Shown one piece after another: positions 26,220-40,270 of a stretch of DNA of 64,000 nucleotides. Every line of letters starts with the position of its first letter. The stretch's first letter is position 1. Under the pieces are notes generated by a model. That model saw only the letters and a list, made by a program, of their open reading frames with translations. It did not search any database and had not been told where the DNA came from. The translations under genes and the position numbers were made by a program. Source of the DNA: the human T2T-CHM13v2.0 reference genome, Homo sapiens; assembly GCA_009914755.4 (NCBI GenBank), contig CP068257.2, positions 11,872,001 through 11,936,000 of the forward strand, given 5' to 3'.

Positions 26220-27920
26220 AATCATGAATATTGTTTACTTCTCTTTTAAAATGATTTATAATTCATTTACCATGAAATTTATCCTTTTAAAGTGTACAAT
26301 TCAGTAAATTTTATCATGTTAACAAGGTTATGCAGCTATCACTACTGTCTAACTCTAAAACATTTTCCACAACCCCAAAAGAAACCCTGCAACCATTAGC
26401 ATTTACTTCCCATTCTCCCTAAATGCAGCCTTTGGATACCATTAAACTATTTTCTGACTCTTTGGAATTGCCTATTCTGGACATTTCTAATAAGTGACAT
26501 GACATAATAATAATGTGTCTTTCCTTAACTTGGCATATTGTTTTTAAGTTTCATCCATGTTATGGCATGTATGAATGCTGTATTCCCTCTTATAGCTATG
26601 TAATATTCCATTGTAAGGATATAGAAATTTTGTTTATTCATTCATCAATTGATGGGAATTTAGGTTGTTTTCAGTTTTGATTGTCGATAGTACTGCTGCT
26701 ATGAATACTTGTATACAAGTTTTTGGATAAACATCTTATTTCTCTGAAATGGAATAAAAACCTATGAACCCTGACTAGAATTGGAATTTCTGGGGCATAT
26801 GTTTCACTTTTTGGGGAACTACCAAACAGATTTCCAGAGTGGCTATACCAATTTACATTCTTACAAGCAATAGATGAGGAATTTAATTTCTTGACAATTT
26901 TGACAGCATTTGTTATCTTCCATTTTTTAAATTACTTACAGCTATCCTAATGGTTGTGAATTGGTATATCATTATAGTTTAAATTTCCATTTTATTAATG
27001 ACTAATGGTGTTGAGCAATATTATGTGGTTAAGGTTATGTGCGTGTCTTGTTTGGAGAAAAGTCTATTCAAATCCATTGCCCATTTTTAAGTAGGTTATT
27101 TGTCTTTAGTTATTATTTTTGAGAGTTCTTTATATATTCTGGATACAAGACCCATGTCAGACATAACTTCACAATTTTTCATTTGGTGAGTTTTCTTTGA
27201 ACTCTCTAGATTGTGTCATTTAAACCTCAACAGTTTTTAATTTTGATAAAATTAAATATCTATTTTTCTTTGATTACTTGTGTTTCAGGTGTCAAATCAG
27301 AGAAATTATTACCTAATCCAAAGTCACAAAGATTTACATATGTTTTGTTATGCTGTGTTTTCATTTTCATTTTAAAGCATTTTATAATTTGCCTTGTAAT
27401 TCTTTCTTTGGTCCAATGCATATTAGGAATATGTTGTTGAACTTCCACTATTTGTTAATTTTTCAAGTTTTATTGTGTTACTGATCTCTAATTTGATTCC
27501 ATTGTAATCAGAAAACATAGTTTGCATGATTCTAATCCTTTTAAATTTAGTGAGACTTGGTTTAGGGCCTAATACATGGTCTATCCTGGAGAATGTTCCA
27601 TGTGCACTTGAGGAAACTGTATTCTACTGTTGTTTGGTGGAGTGTTTTATAAATACATTAAGTCTAGGTGACTTACAGAGTTTTTCAAGTCTTTTATTTC
27701 CTTGCTGATCTTCTTAGTGTTCTACTTAAAAGTATTAAAATTTTTGTCTATTATTGTGAAACTGTCTATTTCTCCCTTGAATTACGTAAGTTTTTGCTTT
27801 ATGTATTTTAGGACTCTGTTGCCATTTAATGAAATAAATAAACACATACACACATGTGTACAAAATTGTTTAATCTTCTTGATGGGTTTATGCTTGTATC
27901 ATTACACAATGTCCTTCTCT
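26220..27920 (-). mobile_element. Old L1 (L1PB/L1MA-like) ORF2 region in antisense. It continues beyond the nested young insertion at 27921.
   Basis: Antisense ORF2 C-terminal homology (…tattccattgtaaggatatagaaattttgtttattcattcatcaattgatgggaatttaggttgttttcag…) through the EN-region antisense (…cctaatacatggtctatcctggagaatgttccatgtgcacttgag…). Confidence 0.65.
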
Positions 27921-28182
27921 CTCTATTAAACTATCACAAGGACAAAAAACCAAACACCGCATGTTCTCACTCATAGGTGGGAATTGAACAATGAGAACAC
28001 ATGGACACAGGAAGGGGAACATCACACACCGGGGCCTGTTGTGGGGTGGGGGGAGGGGGGAGGGATAGCATTAGGAGATACACCTAATGTTAAATGATGA
28101 GTTAATGGGTGCAGCACACCAACATGGCACATGTATACATATTTAACCTGCACGTTGTGCACATGTACCCTAAAACTGAAAG

Positions 28183-28219
<37 letters not shown>
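27921..28219 (+). mobile_element. Short 5'-truncated L1PA 3'-end insertion (about 260 bp) with a (TA)15 tail, nested inside the old antisense L1
   Basis: …ctatcacaaggacaaaaaaccaaacaccgcatgttctcactcataggtgggaattgaacaatgagaacacatggacacaggaaggggaacatcacacaccggggcctgttgtggggtgggggg… matches L1PA ORF2 end and 3'UTR. Tail atatatat… at 28184-28214. The old L1 antisense resumes immediately after. Confidence 0.85.
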
Positions 28220-29190
28220 GATGTTTTGTTATAAAGTCCATTTTATCTGATGTTGATATATCCACTCCAAGTCTCTTTTGCTTATGGCTGTTGGCATACT
28301 GTATATTTTTTTCATGAATCTTCTGTCAACCTATTTGTATGTTTGAATCAAAAGTGAATTTTTTATAGGCGTCATATAGATAAGTCATGTTTTCAATCCA
28401 TTCTGCTTATATCTGCCTTTTAATTGAAGTATTTAATCTAGTCATTAATAATAAGGTAGGGCATCTGCTACTCTGTTATTTGTTTCTATATGTCTTGTAT
28501 CTTTTCTGTTTCTCTTTCTTATTATAGTCTTCTTTCATGTTAAACGTATGTTTGCTAGTATATCATTTTAATTATCTTGTATTAGTGGTTTCCCTGGGGC
28601 TTAGAATTATCACCTTAACTTATAACAATCAAGTTTGGATTAATATCTATTTAATTTCAATAATATTTTTAAAACTTTGCTTCCATATAGCTCTGTTTTT
28701 ACCCTTTCTCCGGGCTGTTATTGTCATACAAATTACATCTTTATACATGTTGTGCTGAACAACAAGTGGATTTGTAGGTGTTTCTTTGTGAAGTTATCTT
28801 CTAAATCAGGTAGGAGAAAAAAGTATTACAAATAGAATATATATTTATGTATTTTACATTTACATATGCATTTACCTTTATTAGTCCTCTTTATTTCTTC
28901 ATATGTATTCAAGTTACTGTCTAGGACTTTTACTTCAACCTAACGGGCTCTTTTTAGTATTTACTGTTAAGAACCAAACTACTTTTCTTTAATAAATGTT
29001 CCCTGGGTTGCTGTAAGCCTTTCCTTAATCTCCGGGATATGGAAACAGTGGCCCTGTAAATTTTTGTCAATTTTTCATTTCTTTATGGAAGAGGGATTTT
29101 AGATTAGCTCCTTACTTTATCATTTTTGGTGGCATAACACTCTATTTTGTAGGGTGTTTTTTCTTTTACCATTTTTACTGGATATATATT
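28220..29190 (-). mobile_element. Continuation of the old antisense L1 (EN/inter-ORF region)
   Basis: …ttataaagtccattttatctgatgttgatatatccactccaagtctcttttgcttatgg… is antisense L1 homology. Confidence 0.55.
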
Positions 29191-29730
29191 CAGTGGAAAA
29201 TAAATCATTCTACCAAAAACACACATGGACTTGTATGCTCATCACTGCACTATTCACAATAGCAAAGACATGGAATCAACCCAGATGTCCATCAGTGGTA
29301 TAATAGTTTGGATTTATAAAAATGGTAAATATACACCATGGAATACTATGCAGCTATAAAAAAGAATAAAATCATGTTGTTTGCAGCAACATGGGTAGAG
29401 CTGAAGGCCATAATCCTAAGCAAATTAACTCAGGAACAGAAAACCAAGTACTGCATGTTCTTACTTATAACTACGAGTTAAACATTGAGCTCATACAAAT
29501 ATAAATATGGTAACAATAGACACTGTGGACTACTAGAGGGTGAAAAGGGAGCTTGGTTTAAAAACCACCAATCAGGTACTATGCTCACTACCTGTGAGAT
29601 CCATACTCAGTATGTGAGGTTTGGAGTATGGATCCCATCGCATGTGTGAGCATCACACAAGATTCCCCTGTAACAAATCTACACATTTATCCCCTGTATC
29701 TAAAATAAAAGTTGAAAAGGAAAAAAAATT
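29190..29730 (+). mobile_element. L1 (L1PB-type) 3'-end fragment in sense with a short poly-A (29716-29727)
   Basis: …ctattcacaatagcaaagacatggaatcaacccagatgtccatcagtggtataatag… then …ggtaacaatagacactgtggactactagagggtgaaaagggagcttggtttaaaaaccaccaatcaggtactatgctcactacctg… and gaaaaggaaaaaaaa. Confidence 0.65.
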
Positions 29731-31289
29731 TCCAGGGATTTTGATGATCAGATGAATCTGATAACCACTCAGCTAGTTGGCCTCTAAAGTCCTTTTGAAT
29801 TAGATGTGCTGTAAACCTCACCTCCTCACCTCATGTGCTGTGAACCTCACCTCCTTCTACTTTATGTTTACATTTTTGGCTTTTTTGTTAAAATTATTTT
29901 TGCCTTGAGCGTTGATATTTCAAATAAGTGGAGTAGATAACAGTGTCATTCCTAGATAGCATTGTGTGCTTATGGCTGATATTAAACTTTTCAGCCATAT
30001 ATACTTTTTATATTCTTTATGAAAGTTTTCTTTACAACAATAATTATTATTTTTAAACAGTTTTTGCACCTATTGAAGTAACTATATATATATTATATAT
30101 ACAGTTTTTCTTTTATTCTGTTAATACAGTGAATTGTATTAAATTATTATCAAATGTTCATTCAGTTCATCATCAACATTGCATTGCTGTGTGATCTCAA
30201 ATGGATACTATTTTATTATTCTGTTTTCCTGAATTTGTATTGCTCTGTGTTTAAAGGAATTTTGTATTTTTGTTTTTGAGCGAGATTGGCCTATAATTTT
30301 TCCTTCTTGTATGACCCTTTTCAAGTTTTGAAGTCAGAATTATTCTAGCTCATTATGTGAGCGAAGCAACGTTTTCTCAGAACGAGGAAACAATGTCAGT
30401 CTGTTTCAGATGACACTTTATTAATTTTTTAATTTTCATTTTCAGTTTTTGTGGGTAGATAGTAGGTGTTCAGAAGACACTCTTGCACTGAGAAAATCAA
30501 CAGTTTATTTTCTCCTTATGACTTGCTTTACCCATTTCTTCATGAGGCTATATTTTCTACAGTTCATCATTTCCAATGTACATATATATATATGCATTTA
30601 ATTTTATGTTACAGAATTAGGGAAGAAATTATTCAAGATAGACTCCTAGAAATACAATTATCAGCTCGTGAGTACGGACATAATTTGATAAATACAGCAA
30701 ATTGCTTTCTAAAAGTTGTTCAGTAATTTTTGACCAAATAGAGCTTCCATGTTTTCAAATTTTTTGTCTTATTTAGTAATATCCTTTTGTTTTACTCTTT
30801 ATTAATCTAATAGGGGTCCATTTTTATTATCTATTAGATCAATTTTTTTGCTACGTTTGTTTTCTATTTGTATATCTTTAGAAAATATTCTCATAATATT
30901 TGACTCACAAAACTTTATAGGTAATAAAATAAGTCTGACAGAGAGGGTTAAGTTCTAAAAACATGTATAATGGGTAAGAGAACATATGTGAATGTATGAT
31001 GAGATTGATTTAGTTATCTTGCAGTGATATGTAACCAATAATTACCTTATTATCCTTACAATACTATAAAGTAGATATTATTATAATCCTAACTTTGTGT
31101 TAGAAGCAGCTACAATTTAGTGCTAAAGTTAGCGTCACAAGGCACACTGGTAGTCTGAAGGTTTGAATGCACAAAGAACATACGTTTAACTGCTATATAT
31201 TGCTTAAATAAGGATCTGATTACGGAAAACCTCTATCTAAGGATGTCTACCTGGTCTTTAAAATAAATTTTTATTAGTATTATTATTAT

Positions 31290-31393
31290 TTTAAGAGACA
31301 GGGTCTTGCTCTGTCACTCAGGCTGTAGTGCAACTATGTGATCATGGCTCACAGCAGCCTTGACCTCCTGGCCTCAAGTGATCCTCCTACCTC
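31290..31393 (-). mobile_element. Alu right-arm fragment (older AluJ/S-like), antisense
   Basis: gagacagggtcttgctctgtcactcaggctgtagtgcaactatgtgatcatggctcacagcagccttgacctcctggcctcaagtgatcctcctacctc. Confidence 0.8.
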
Positions 31394-32989
31394 TAAAATA
31401 ACAAAGTTGTGCCCAATTATATTCTCTGCTCTTTCTGAAGTATACATCAGCATGCTCACTTTTATCTTGCTACTTCAATCCCATGCTTGTGTTAGCAGTA
31501 ACAATAATCAGTCATAATTCACTATTTTGTTTTATATTAGGCTCTCACACCCAAACCCCAAGTCCTCATGCTCAAAAACCCAGGTTGCCTTGATTTGGTA
31601 ATAATTTTAGCCCAGAATCCCTTTATCTCTCTGAATGGCAACATGTATAGTAGCTTTTAAGCTTGATGCGATTAAATTCCACATACCAATTTTGAGATAA
31701 ATCTCAGGAAAGTAATAAAGGGTGAAGAGGAGAAGCTTCCAAAACTTTTTAAAAAATAATTTAAAAAAGGGAATCACAGGAGTCTATAAAGGAACTATTT
31801 AAATATCATGATACTCCCCAAAGTCTCAGATAGCCAATCTCATGAATTGCAAAAGCCAATTAAAAAACGAACTTCGTTAAGTGAATTCATCTTGCTATGG
31901 TAGTTATTAACACTATTTTGGTTGCTTCTCCCCCATATCAAGATGGTAAGAACTTTTAAATTGTTTGCCCATAATTGCAAATGAGAACATATGTCATGAG
32001 ACAGAAATGTGGTGACCCCAAGGTTTGCAACAACTACATTTACCCTCATTTAATGTTCTGCCTCTATGCTTTCTTTGTCCTTATCTAAAGTGACTGTGCC
32101 AGTAAGCACTAGCACACATGCACAGGGCCTGAAGAAAACTAGATCCAAAGAAATGTAAATCCAGCAATGGGTCTAAGAAAATTAGAATTTTGTTTTCTCT
32201 AATCTTATACTTCTTCCTTTTCTTGAAAATTTTTATGTCCAAGGTTTTCAAATTCCATACAACACAATATTTTGCCAAAATTATCCAATATTTTAATTAT
32301 CACTACACAGTACTTGACCATACAACAGACATAAGTGGGTAAAACTGCCCAGATATAAAAATAGCTTGCTTTGGGATGTTATGGAAACATATCCCATTAG
32401 AGCTGCAGAAAGACTTAGGAAATCTACAGAGAAGAGCAGGCGACAAAGACAAAAGTAAATGTTGTGGCACAGAGTGAGTGCCCAGGAAATTTGATGAGCT
32501 TAATTGAGGAAAGGAGCCCAATCGTTAGCCCAGACTGATAGACCACATTTCTTCTTCACATCTTCTAATTTTCACAGGCATTTCAGTTCTTCTGTTTCCA
32601 AATCTAGTCCTCCTTTAGTCTCCCTTAACCAGGGTAACAGCATTTGTATTCCCGCAGTGGCTTCAGCCAGAAACTTCTCTCCTTCCATTTTCTTACTCCC
32701 ACTTCCATCAAAGCTTTCTATTACAGTTTCCCTTGTCTAAACCTTCCCTTTCTTTCTCCTTAAACGTTTCGAAGGGCTTCTAATAATCTCCAACTCTCTG
32801 CACTGATTTTTTTCCAGTCAATTTCTCCTGAATGCTCAGAGCAGTCTTTAAAAATAAGATAAATCTTTAAAAATAAGATAAATAAGTCAAACAACTTTAA
32901 AATGATAAACATGCAGTCATTCCTCTGTATACATGGGTTCTGTGTCTATGGATTCAATCAATCACAGATCAAAAGTATTTAGAAAAAAA

Positions 32990-33250
32990 CAATTCCACAA
33001 ATCTTCAAAATCAAAACTGAAATTTGCAACACACCAAGTACTACATTGAATTCACTTAAACGAAGTGATATGTAGACATTGTATTAGATATTATAAGTAA
33101 TTTAGAGATGATTTAAAAGTATATGGGAGAATGTGCATAGGTTATATGCAAATGCTACACCACTTTATACCAGGGACTGAAGCATCCATGGGTTTTGGTA
33201 TCTGCGGGCATCTTGGAACCAATTCCCCATAGACACCAAGGGACCATCAT
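32990..33250. mobile_element. Tigger (TcMar) DNA-transposon relic, tentative
   Basis: …tatatgcaaatgctacaccactttataccagggactgaagcatccatgggttttggtatctgcgggcatcttggaaccaattccccatagacaccaagggac resembles the Tigger1/2 consensus. Recognised from memory only. Confidence 0.4.
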
Positions 33251-36200
33251 AGTCCCCATTGCTCTAGAAATATAATCCAGTCTCCATAATGAGCCCTTGA
33301 TATCCTGTATTTTACATATTAACCTTCAGCTTCATCTCTTCTCACTCATTGGTCATTCACTAAAGTCCTGCTTTCATTTTCTGAAACACATAATCCATTT
33401 CCACTTCAGGGAGTTTCCATTTCTCTCTTGTCTGCCTGAATATTGTTTCCTTCGGCTCTTCTATTGTATATCCTTCTCACTGGAACTAAATAAAAGATTA
33501 TTCATTACACAGAGCAGAGAGAGGCTTTTTCTGAGCACCATTCCACCCTCTTCACTCCTTTGTTTTTTCTCATCTCACATTATTTACTACCTTCGTAACA
33601 CTCATTAAACTTTTAATTTGCTCGTTTGATTTTCTTACATGTTTTTGTTTCTCTCTCCTTCCTGCATCTCCACTCCAAGACTGTGGGACTCGTGGGGAAA
33701 AACTGAGTGTCTTAGGATCACTATCATCACCCCAACACCTGGCCCAGAACCTAGCAAATAGTAGATGCCCACAGAATATTATTGATTCACTGAATAAATG
33801 AGTGTACAAGCGGCTGCGAGGTGGTTACTTTTTACCTTTCAAAAATACCATAAAACTCTTTTTTTTAAAAAATGAGAATGTTATAATGGGGTCATACATA
33901 TGTTTTTATTGACACTGGCTTCTTTTACTCAACATAATGCCTTTGAGATTCACCCCAGTTACTCTGTGAATCAATCGTTGGTTCCTTTAAATTGATGAGT
34001 GGTATTCTGCACTGACTCTGGACTTGGCCATGTGTCTTGTTCTGCTGAAAGGAATAATAGCACAAGAGAGTTTTGCATTGGGACTGCCCTCTATTGTTAC
34101 TATTGGAATACTGAGGCCACCATGGAATTGAGCCTAAGCCAGTCTTTTGGAAGACAAGAAGCAATGATGTCCTGGTAAATGTTTAGGAGCTGGTTCTTGG
34201 GGTAAGGGGGCAGAGAAGGCTCTGATTTGTAGTATTTTCCAATGTCTGTGGTACAAATACTCCCACTATGGCAGATTTCAAGCCACCAAGTGTATAATAA
34301 CTACCTCACAAAACCCCTGATAATGTAAAACAAGCTCTCATTCAGGTATAAGTCACCTCCAGCTGATGACAGATGAGAGACCATGTAGAGAGAATTTGGG
34401 GCCTGGCTGACAGTAAACCAGCTCATGTTGCTAACCTGGAGGCTACCAGACATATGAGGGTTGTCAGTATAGATTTTCCAGCTCACCCAGACTTACCAGA
34501 TATCCTAGTAGAGATCAAACATCTTGGCCCAGACCAGAAAAGGTACTCATCTGGTTTGTGAACAAATATAAAATGGTTCCTAGTTTAATTCAATACATTT
34601 TGAGGTGGCTTAATATGGAGCAAAATCTAATAAATACAATTGGCTATCATTTCATTCCATATCACCTATGGGTATCTTGAATATTATAAATAAACAAATG
34701 ATAAGCAGTTTCTGAAAAAAAATGAGTCTGCAAGTCACCACGAAAAGTAGTAAAATTTTTGTTTTACTGAGATAAGTGGCTACGTTGTTGTCATATTGCT
34801 AGTGTACCGCTAGGTTCATGTGGAACTCGAATTATTTTTTTTAAACAGTGAAAATACAGGTTGTAATACCAGGAGTAAAAATAAACTGTCGATGCTAGCA
34901 TCCCATCCTTGTTGATGTTGCATTTTTTTCTTTTCATTATATGTTGTTGTGACTATTGTTATAGAAAATTTCACACAACTGTCCTCTAATAAACTGTATG
35001 TTAATACTAGTGGTCAGTGTTGAGAACCAGACCCAAAACTGAAACCAAATATTTGAAATACAAAGATTTAGAGATGTTCTGCTCCTTTTCTTTTAAGAAA
35101 AAACAGAATTTAAATCATCCTGGTGGCACAATAGGAGCTGAGCTAATTTTTTAAATTGAATTTTAATGCCGGATAATTTGCATAGAAATGAACCGAAATA
35201 GACCACTCAGAATTAGGTCCCTTCTTGTACAGTTGGACAGTAAGGAGATTTCACCATTATGGACCTATGTAATGATAAGGGGAAGGAAGCACAGAAAACA
35301 GTCTTGATGATCATTCTCACACCCTAGAACAAGATATTTGGATTTTCTTCTTGACATGGGCTCTTAGGATATGTATATATGTACTGTATAAATTCATTTC
35401 TACTTTGTAAAACCAAACCCATTCCCATTAGTATGAATTCCTTCAACTTTCTCTCTGAAGTATCTAACTTTCTTAACACATCGTCTCCCAACTATAAATT
35501 CATCTCTTCCCATTTATACCCTAAACTCTTGAAATCAACTATTACATCATGTCAGTTGTCCCCAGGTCATCATTTCCCATTGATTTCTCTTGAAGTTTTC
35601 TTTAGTTGTTTGTTTCATTCTCCACCCTTTTCTATTCTAGGCCCCTGTTGGCTCATTATCATGGCTACATTATCTGGGCTTTTCTGCCTCTAGCCTTTAT
35701 TGAGATTGGAGAATAAAAGGAGCTGGCAGGAGATTAGAGGGAAAAAGGAGAGAAAGGTCTGGATTTTACTCAGTTTCTCCTCCCTGCCACTTCACTAGAA
35801 TTCTTCTAGTAATCTATCCTTGAGTATTTATACCTTGTAGGTCCCTTTATGGCTCTAGCTCTCAACAATTTCTGACCATCTACTTGTCTCTCCAGGCCAA
35901 GAGTAATAAAGCTTCCTGCTGGTTCTGGTGTTAGGATGCCTCATTTAATCCTGCCAAGATTTTTATAGATAGTTGATTCTCATATTATGTTGAAAACCTT
36001 TGCCAAATAGGTTTTATGTTTTCTTCTGTGGCCTTGACTAATACACTTCTTGACCCATTGTAATGGGTCTGCTTCTTGCTCAACACTTACAAAAATGTGA
36101 CCCACCAAGCTATTTCACTAAATAAATGGCTTCTGGTTTTAGGGGGAATTTTGTCATTCTCCTGTGAGAAGGTGTTAAAGGTACTTTTTTTTTTAATAGC

Positions 36201-36539
36201 ATGCTTTTTTTTTCTGTATATTTTTCTATATATTCAATTACCTACTGAGCATCTCCACTTGTTTTCATATGCACACTTCAAATTCATTATGGACAATATT
36301 CAACTTATCTTTCCCTTATGTAACAATTCATAAAGACATTTTTTAAATGAATGAACTCCTGGAGTTGTGTATTGTCTTGCTAGCTCCTCAAGCAAGAAAA
36401 TTTTACACCAATTTTGTTTCTCCCTTACAGTCAAATGTAGTCAAGTAATAGGCATTATCTATATAATATTACCTATGTAACAAACCCGCACATGTACCTC
36501 TGAACTTAAAATAAAAGTTATTAAAAAAAAGAAATGCTG

Positions 36540-39500
36540 CTGATATTTTTGGTTGATGCTGTATCCTGCAACTTTACTGAATTTATTTATCACTTCTTAG
36601 AGCTTTTTGGTTGAACCTTTATATAAAATCTATGTATAAAATCATGAAATAGAAACAATTTGACTTCCTTCTTTCTGAATAGATCCTTTTTATTTATTTT
36701 TCTTGCCTAATTTCTCTGGCTAGGACTTTAGTACTACGTTGAATAAAAGTGGTGAAAATTGGCATCTATGTCTTGTTTCAGATCTTAGAGGAAAAGCTTT
36801 CAACTTTTCTCCAGTTAGCTGTAGTTTATCATTTTTGGCCTTTATTGTGTTGAGGTACATTTTGTTGAGAGTTTTAATCAAACAGCATTGTTGAATATTG
36901 TCAAATACTTTTTCTGTTTATCAAAGTGATAGATTAGCTTGTGTCCTTGATCCTGCTAATGTGCTATATCACATTTATTGTATTATGTAGGTTGTATTAT
37001 CTAGAATGAATCCCATTTGATCATGGTGAATGATCTTTTTAATGTGCTGTTGAATTTGGTTTGCTAGTATTTTCTTAAGGATTTTTGCATCTATTTTTAT
37101 CAGAGATATTGTCCTGTCATTTCATATTTTGTTGTGTCCTTGACTGGTTTTTGTATCAGTTATGCCAGCATTGTAGAATGAGTTTGGACGAATTCTCTCA
37201 TCTTCAATTATTTTGAAATAGTTTGAAAAGTATCGATAACATCTTTTAAATGTTTGGTAGATTTCAGTAGTGAAGCCATCATATCTGGAGCTTTTCTTTG
37301 ATGGGAGACTTTTTATTATAGATTCTATGTTGTTGCTCACTATTGGTCTCTTCAGATTTTCTACTTTTTCATAATTCAATTTTGGTAGGTTGTATATGTA
37401 TATGTTGGCATGTAGTTGTTCATAATAGTCTCTTATAATCCTTTGTATTGCTGTTACATCAGTTGTAATGTATACTTTTTTATTTCTGATTGTATTTGAA
37501 CCTTCCATCTACTTTTCTAAGTTAATCTAATTAAAGGTTTGTTTCTGTTCAAGGATTTCTGTATTGTTTTAGTCACTATTCCACTTATATCCACTCTCAT
37601 TTATTTCTTTTTTCTACTAATTTTGTGTTTGTTCTTGTTGTTCTAGTTCCTTGAGGTATGAGGTTAGACTGTTTATTTGAGATTTTTTGTATTTTATGGT
37701 GTAGGTGTTTATTGCTGTAAACTTCCCTCTTGGAACTGCTTTTGCTGTATTCCATAAGTTTTCATATACTGTGTTTCCAATTTCATTTGTCTCATGAAGT
37801 GTTTGAATTTTCTTTTTAACTTATTCATTAATCCATTTGTTATAGAGGAGTATGTTGTTAAATTTACATGTATTTAAATGGTTTCTAAAGTTTTTACTGT
37901 TAGTGATTTCTAGTTTTATTCCATCATGGTCAAAAGAGATACTTGATTTTGATTTTTACAGATTTGCTGAGATTTGTTTTGTGGCCTAACATCTGATCTA
38001 CCCTGAAGACACTTCCATGTGCTGATGAGGAGAATGCATACTCTTCAGCTGTTGAGTGGGATGTTCTGTGTATATCTGGTAGGTCCACATGATCTAGAGT
38101 GCGCTTTATATTTGTTGTTTTTTTTTTGCTGAATTTTTGTCTAGATGATCTGTCCTTTGCCAAAAGTGAGATATCGAAGTCCTCTGTTATTATTGCGTTA
38201 GAGTCTATCTCTCCCTTTACATCTAATAATATTTGCTTTATATGCCTGGGTGTTCTGGTTTGAGATTCATATATATTTGTAGTTGTTATATCCCCTTACT
38301 GAATTGACCCGTTCATCATATCATGACCATCTTTGTCTCTTTTCACAGTTTTTGACTTAAAGTCTATTTTATCTGATCTAAGTATAGCTACTTTTGCTCT
38401 CTTTTGATTTCCATTTGCATGGCATATAGTTTTCTCTTCTTTATTTTTAGTCAATATGTGTCCTTACAGGTGAAGTAAGTCTCCTGTAAGCAGTATATAG
38501 TTGTATGTTTTTAAAATGCATTCAGCCATCTTTTAATTACAGAATTTAATACACTTATATTGAAGGTTATTATTAATAGTTATGGATTTACTGTTGCGAT
38601 TTTGTTCATTGTTTTCTGGTTATTTTGTAGGTCTTTGTTTCTTTCTTCCTCTCTTCTGTTTGCTTTTGTGGTTTCATGGTTTTATTCCATTCTCTTTTTC
38701 ATTTGCATATATGCTGTAACTTTTTTCTTTTTTGTTACTCTGGGGCTTACATAACAAATCTTATAGTTCTAAAGGTTTATTTTAAGCTAATAACAATTTA
38801 ACTGATTGCCTGCAAATATTCTAGACTTTTACCCTCCAACCCAATTTATAATTTTCTTGTCTTAATTCACATCTTTTATATGGTTTATTTCTAAAAAACT
38901 TATTGTAGCTATGGTTATTGTTGACCATTTTGACTTTTAACCTTCATACTGTATACCACCACTACAATACTGTAGCACTCTGAATTTAATTATGAGTTTA
39001 CTTCTACCAGTGAGTTTAAATACTTTCATGGTAGTAATTAACATCCTTTCACCTCATGGTGGCAATTAACATCCTTTGAAACCGTCTTTTAAGCATTTCT
39101 TGTACAGCTGTTCTAGTGGTGATGAATTCCATCAGCTTTTGCTTGTCTGGGAAAGACTTTGCTTCTCCTTCATATTTAAAGAATAACTTTGATGAGTATA
39201 CTGTTCTTGACTAGAAGTTTTTTTTTTTCTCTCAGCACTTTGAATATATTATCCCATTCTTTCCTGGCCTGCAAGGTTGAGAAATATTCTGAGAAATATG
39301 CTGATAGTCCAAGCAGCAAGATAACAGCCATGAAGTCCCATATAGGGGGATTTCCTCATAAGAAAATGTCTTAGGCTGCAGGAGTTTGTGAGGCTGCTGT
39401 GCTAGCTTGGGTACAGCCTCATCACTGGGCATGAGTGCCTGTTCCTTGGGGAACAGGGTGCCACATGGGCTCAGGTGCTAAGGTTACAGCTGTTGTGCTG

Positions 39501-40270
39501 GTCCTCGGCTCTGAGTAGATGGAGCCAAGATACCGCAGTCACTGGGATGGAAAGATGGAGTGCCTTCTTGGCAGTTTGTTTCCATGGGGTTAGAAGTTGT
39601 AGCTGCTCAGCTGCAGAATGGTGCGCTACCATGAGTAGGTGTGGTGTAGTGGCAGTGAAGCCTAGGATATGGGAAGATAGAGTGGCTACTGGCCCCCAAA
39701 TGAGAAGGCACCCTAGCAGTGGCTTCAGTCTCAAGATGTCATTACACTGCAGCAGCTTCGATAATAGGGCAGGATGAGACATAATGTGAGCTCCTTGTTT
39801 GGAGTAACATAGACATGTGAACTCCAGGCAACTCCTCAGGCTGGGCCTAGGACCTGTAAGGACTACAGTGATCTCCAGGAGCAAAGATTGTGGGTGTCCA
39901 CATTTTAATTTGTGTTGCTAAGGGCCTCCTGCATACCTTTTCTCTGTAAGGAGAGTCTGCCCTGGCTCTGACCTCATCCCACTAGGAGAGAAAAGATGGT
40001 AAAGGCAGAGTGTTCCATTCCCTTTTTTATATGGCCATCCTGAGTCTCCGTGATCCACATGGTCTCTGCCATTTCCTTGTTGTACTCCAGGGCTCTCTTT
40101 CATATATTTTAGTTGAAATGTGGTTATTTATTTGTTTCTTTGGTCCTTTTGTGTGGTGGCCGGGGAGGAGGTTGAGTGTTAGGAACTTCTAGTCAGCTAT
40201 CTTATTGGTGTCACTTCCTCTTGCATCTTCTTGATTTAAGATTTATTTAGGATCCCAGAGTCTTCTGCAT
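36540..40270 (-). mobile_element. Old L1 (L1PB/L1MA-like) in antisense. Order is ORF2 RT, EN, long inter-ORF, ORF1 C-terminus, then a probable repetitive 5'UTR (39400-40270).
   Basis: Minus ORF 37122-37508 is RT-like (…[21 protein letters not shown]…[22 protein letters not shown]). The EN antisense signature ctaacatctgatctaccctgaagacacttccatgtgctgatgag is at ~37990. The inter-ORF/ORF1 antisense signature …gtttttttttttctctcagcactttgaatatattatcccattctttcctggcctgcaaggtt… is at ~39225. The overlapping +/- ORFs 39471-39884 lie in the GC-richer repetitive 5'UTR-like block. Confidence 0.7.

Noticed and set aside
39471-39884. Overlapping 137-aa minus and 100-aa plus ORFs in a GC-richer block
   Set aside because: The sequence is internally repetitive and continuous with the antisense L1 ORF1/5'UTR. 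It is interpreted as L1 5'UTR with low confidence, not a gene pair.
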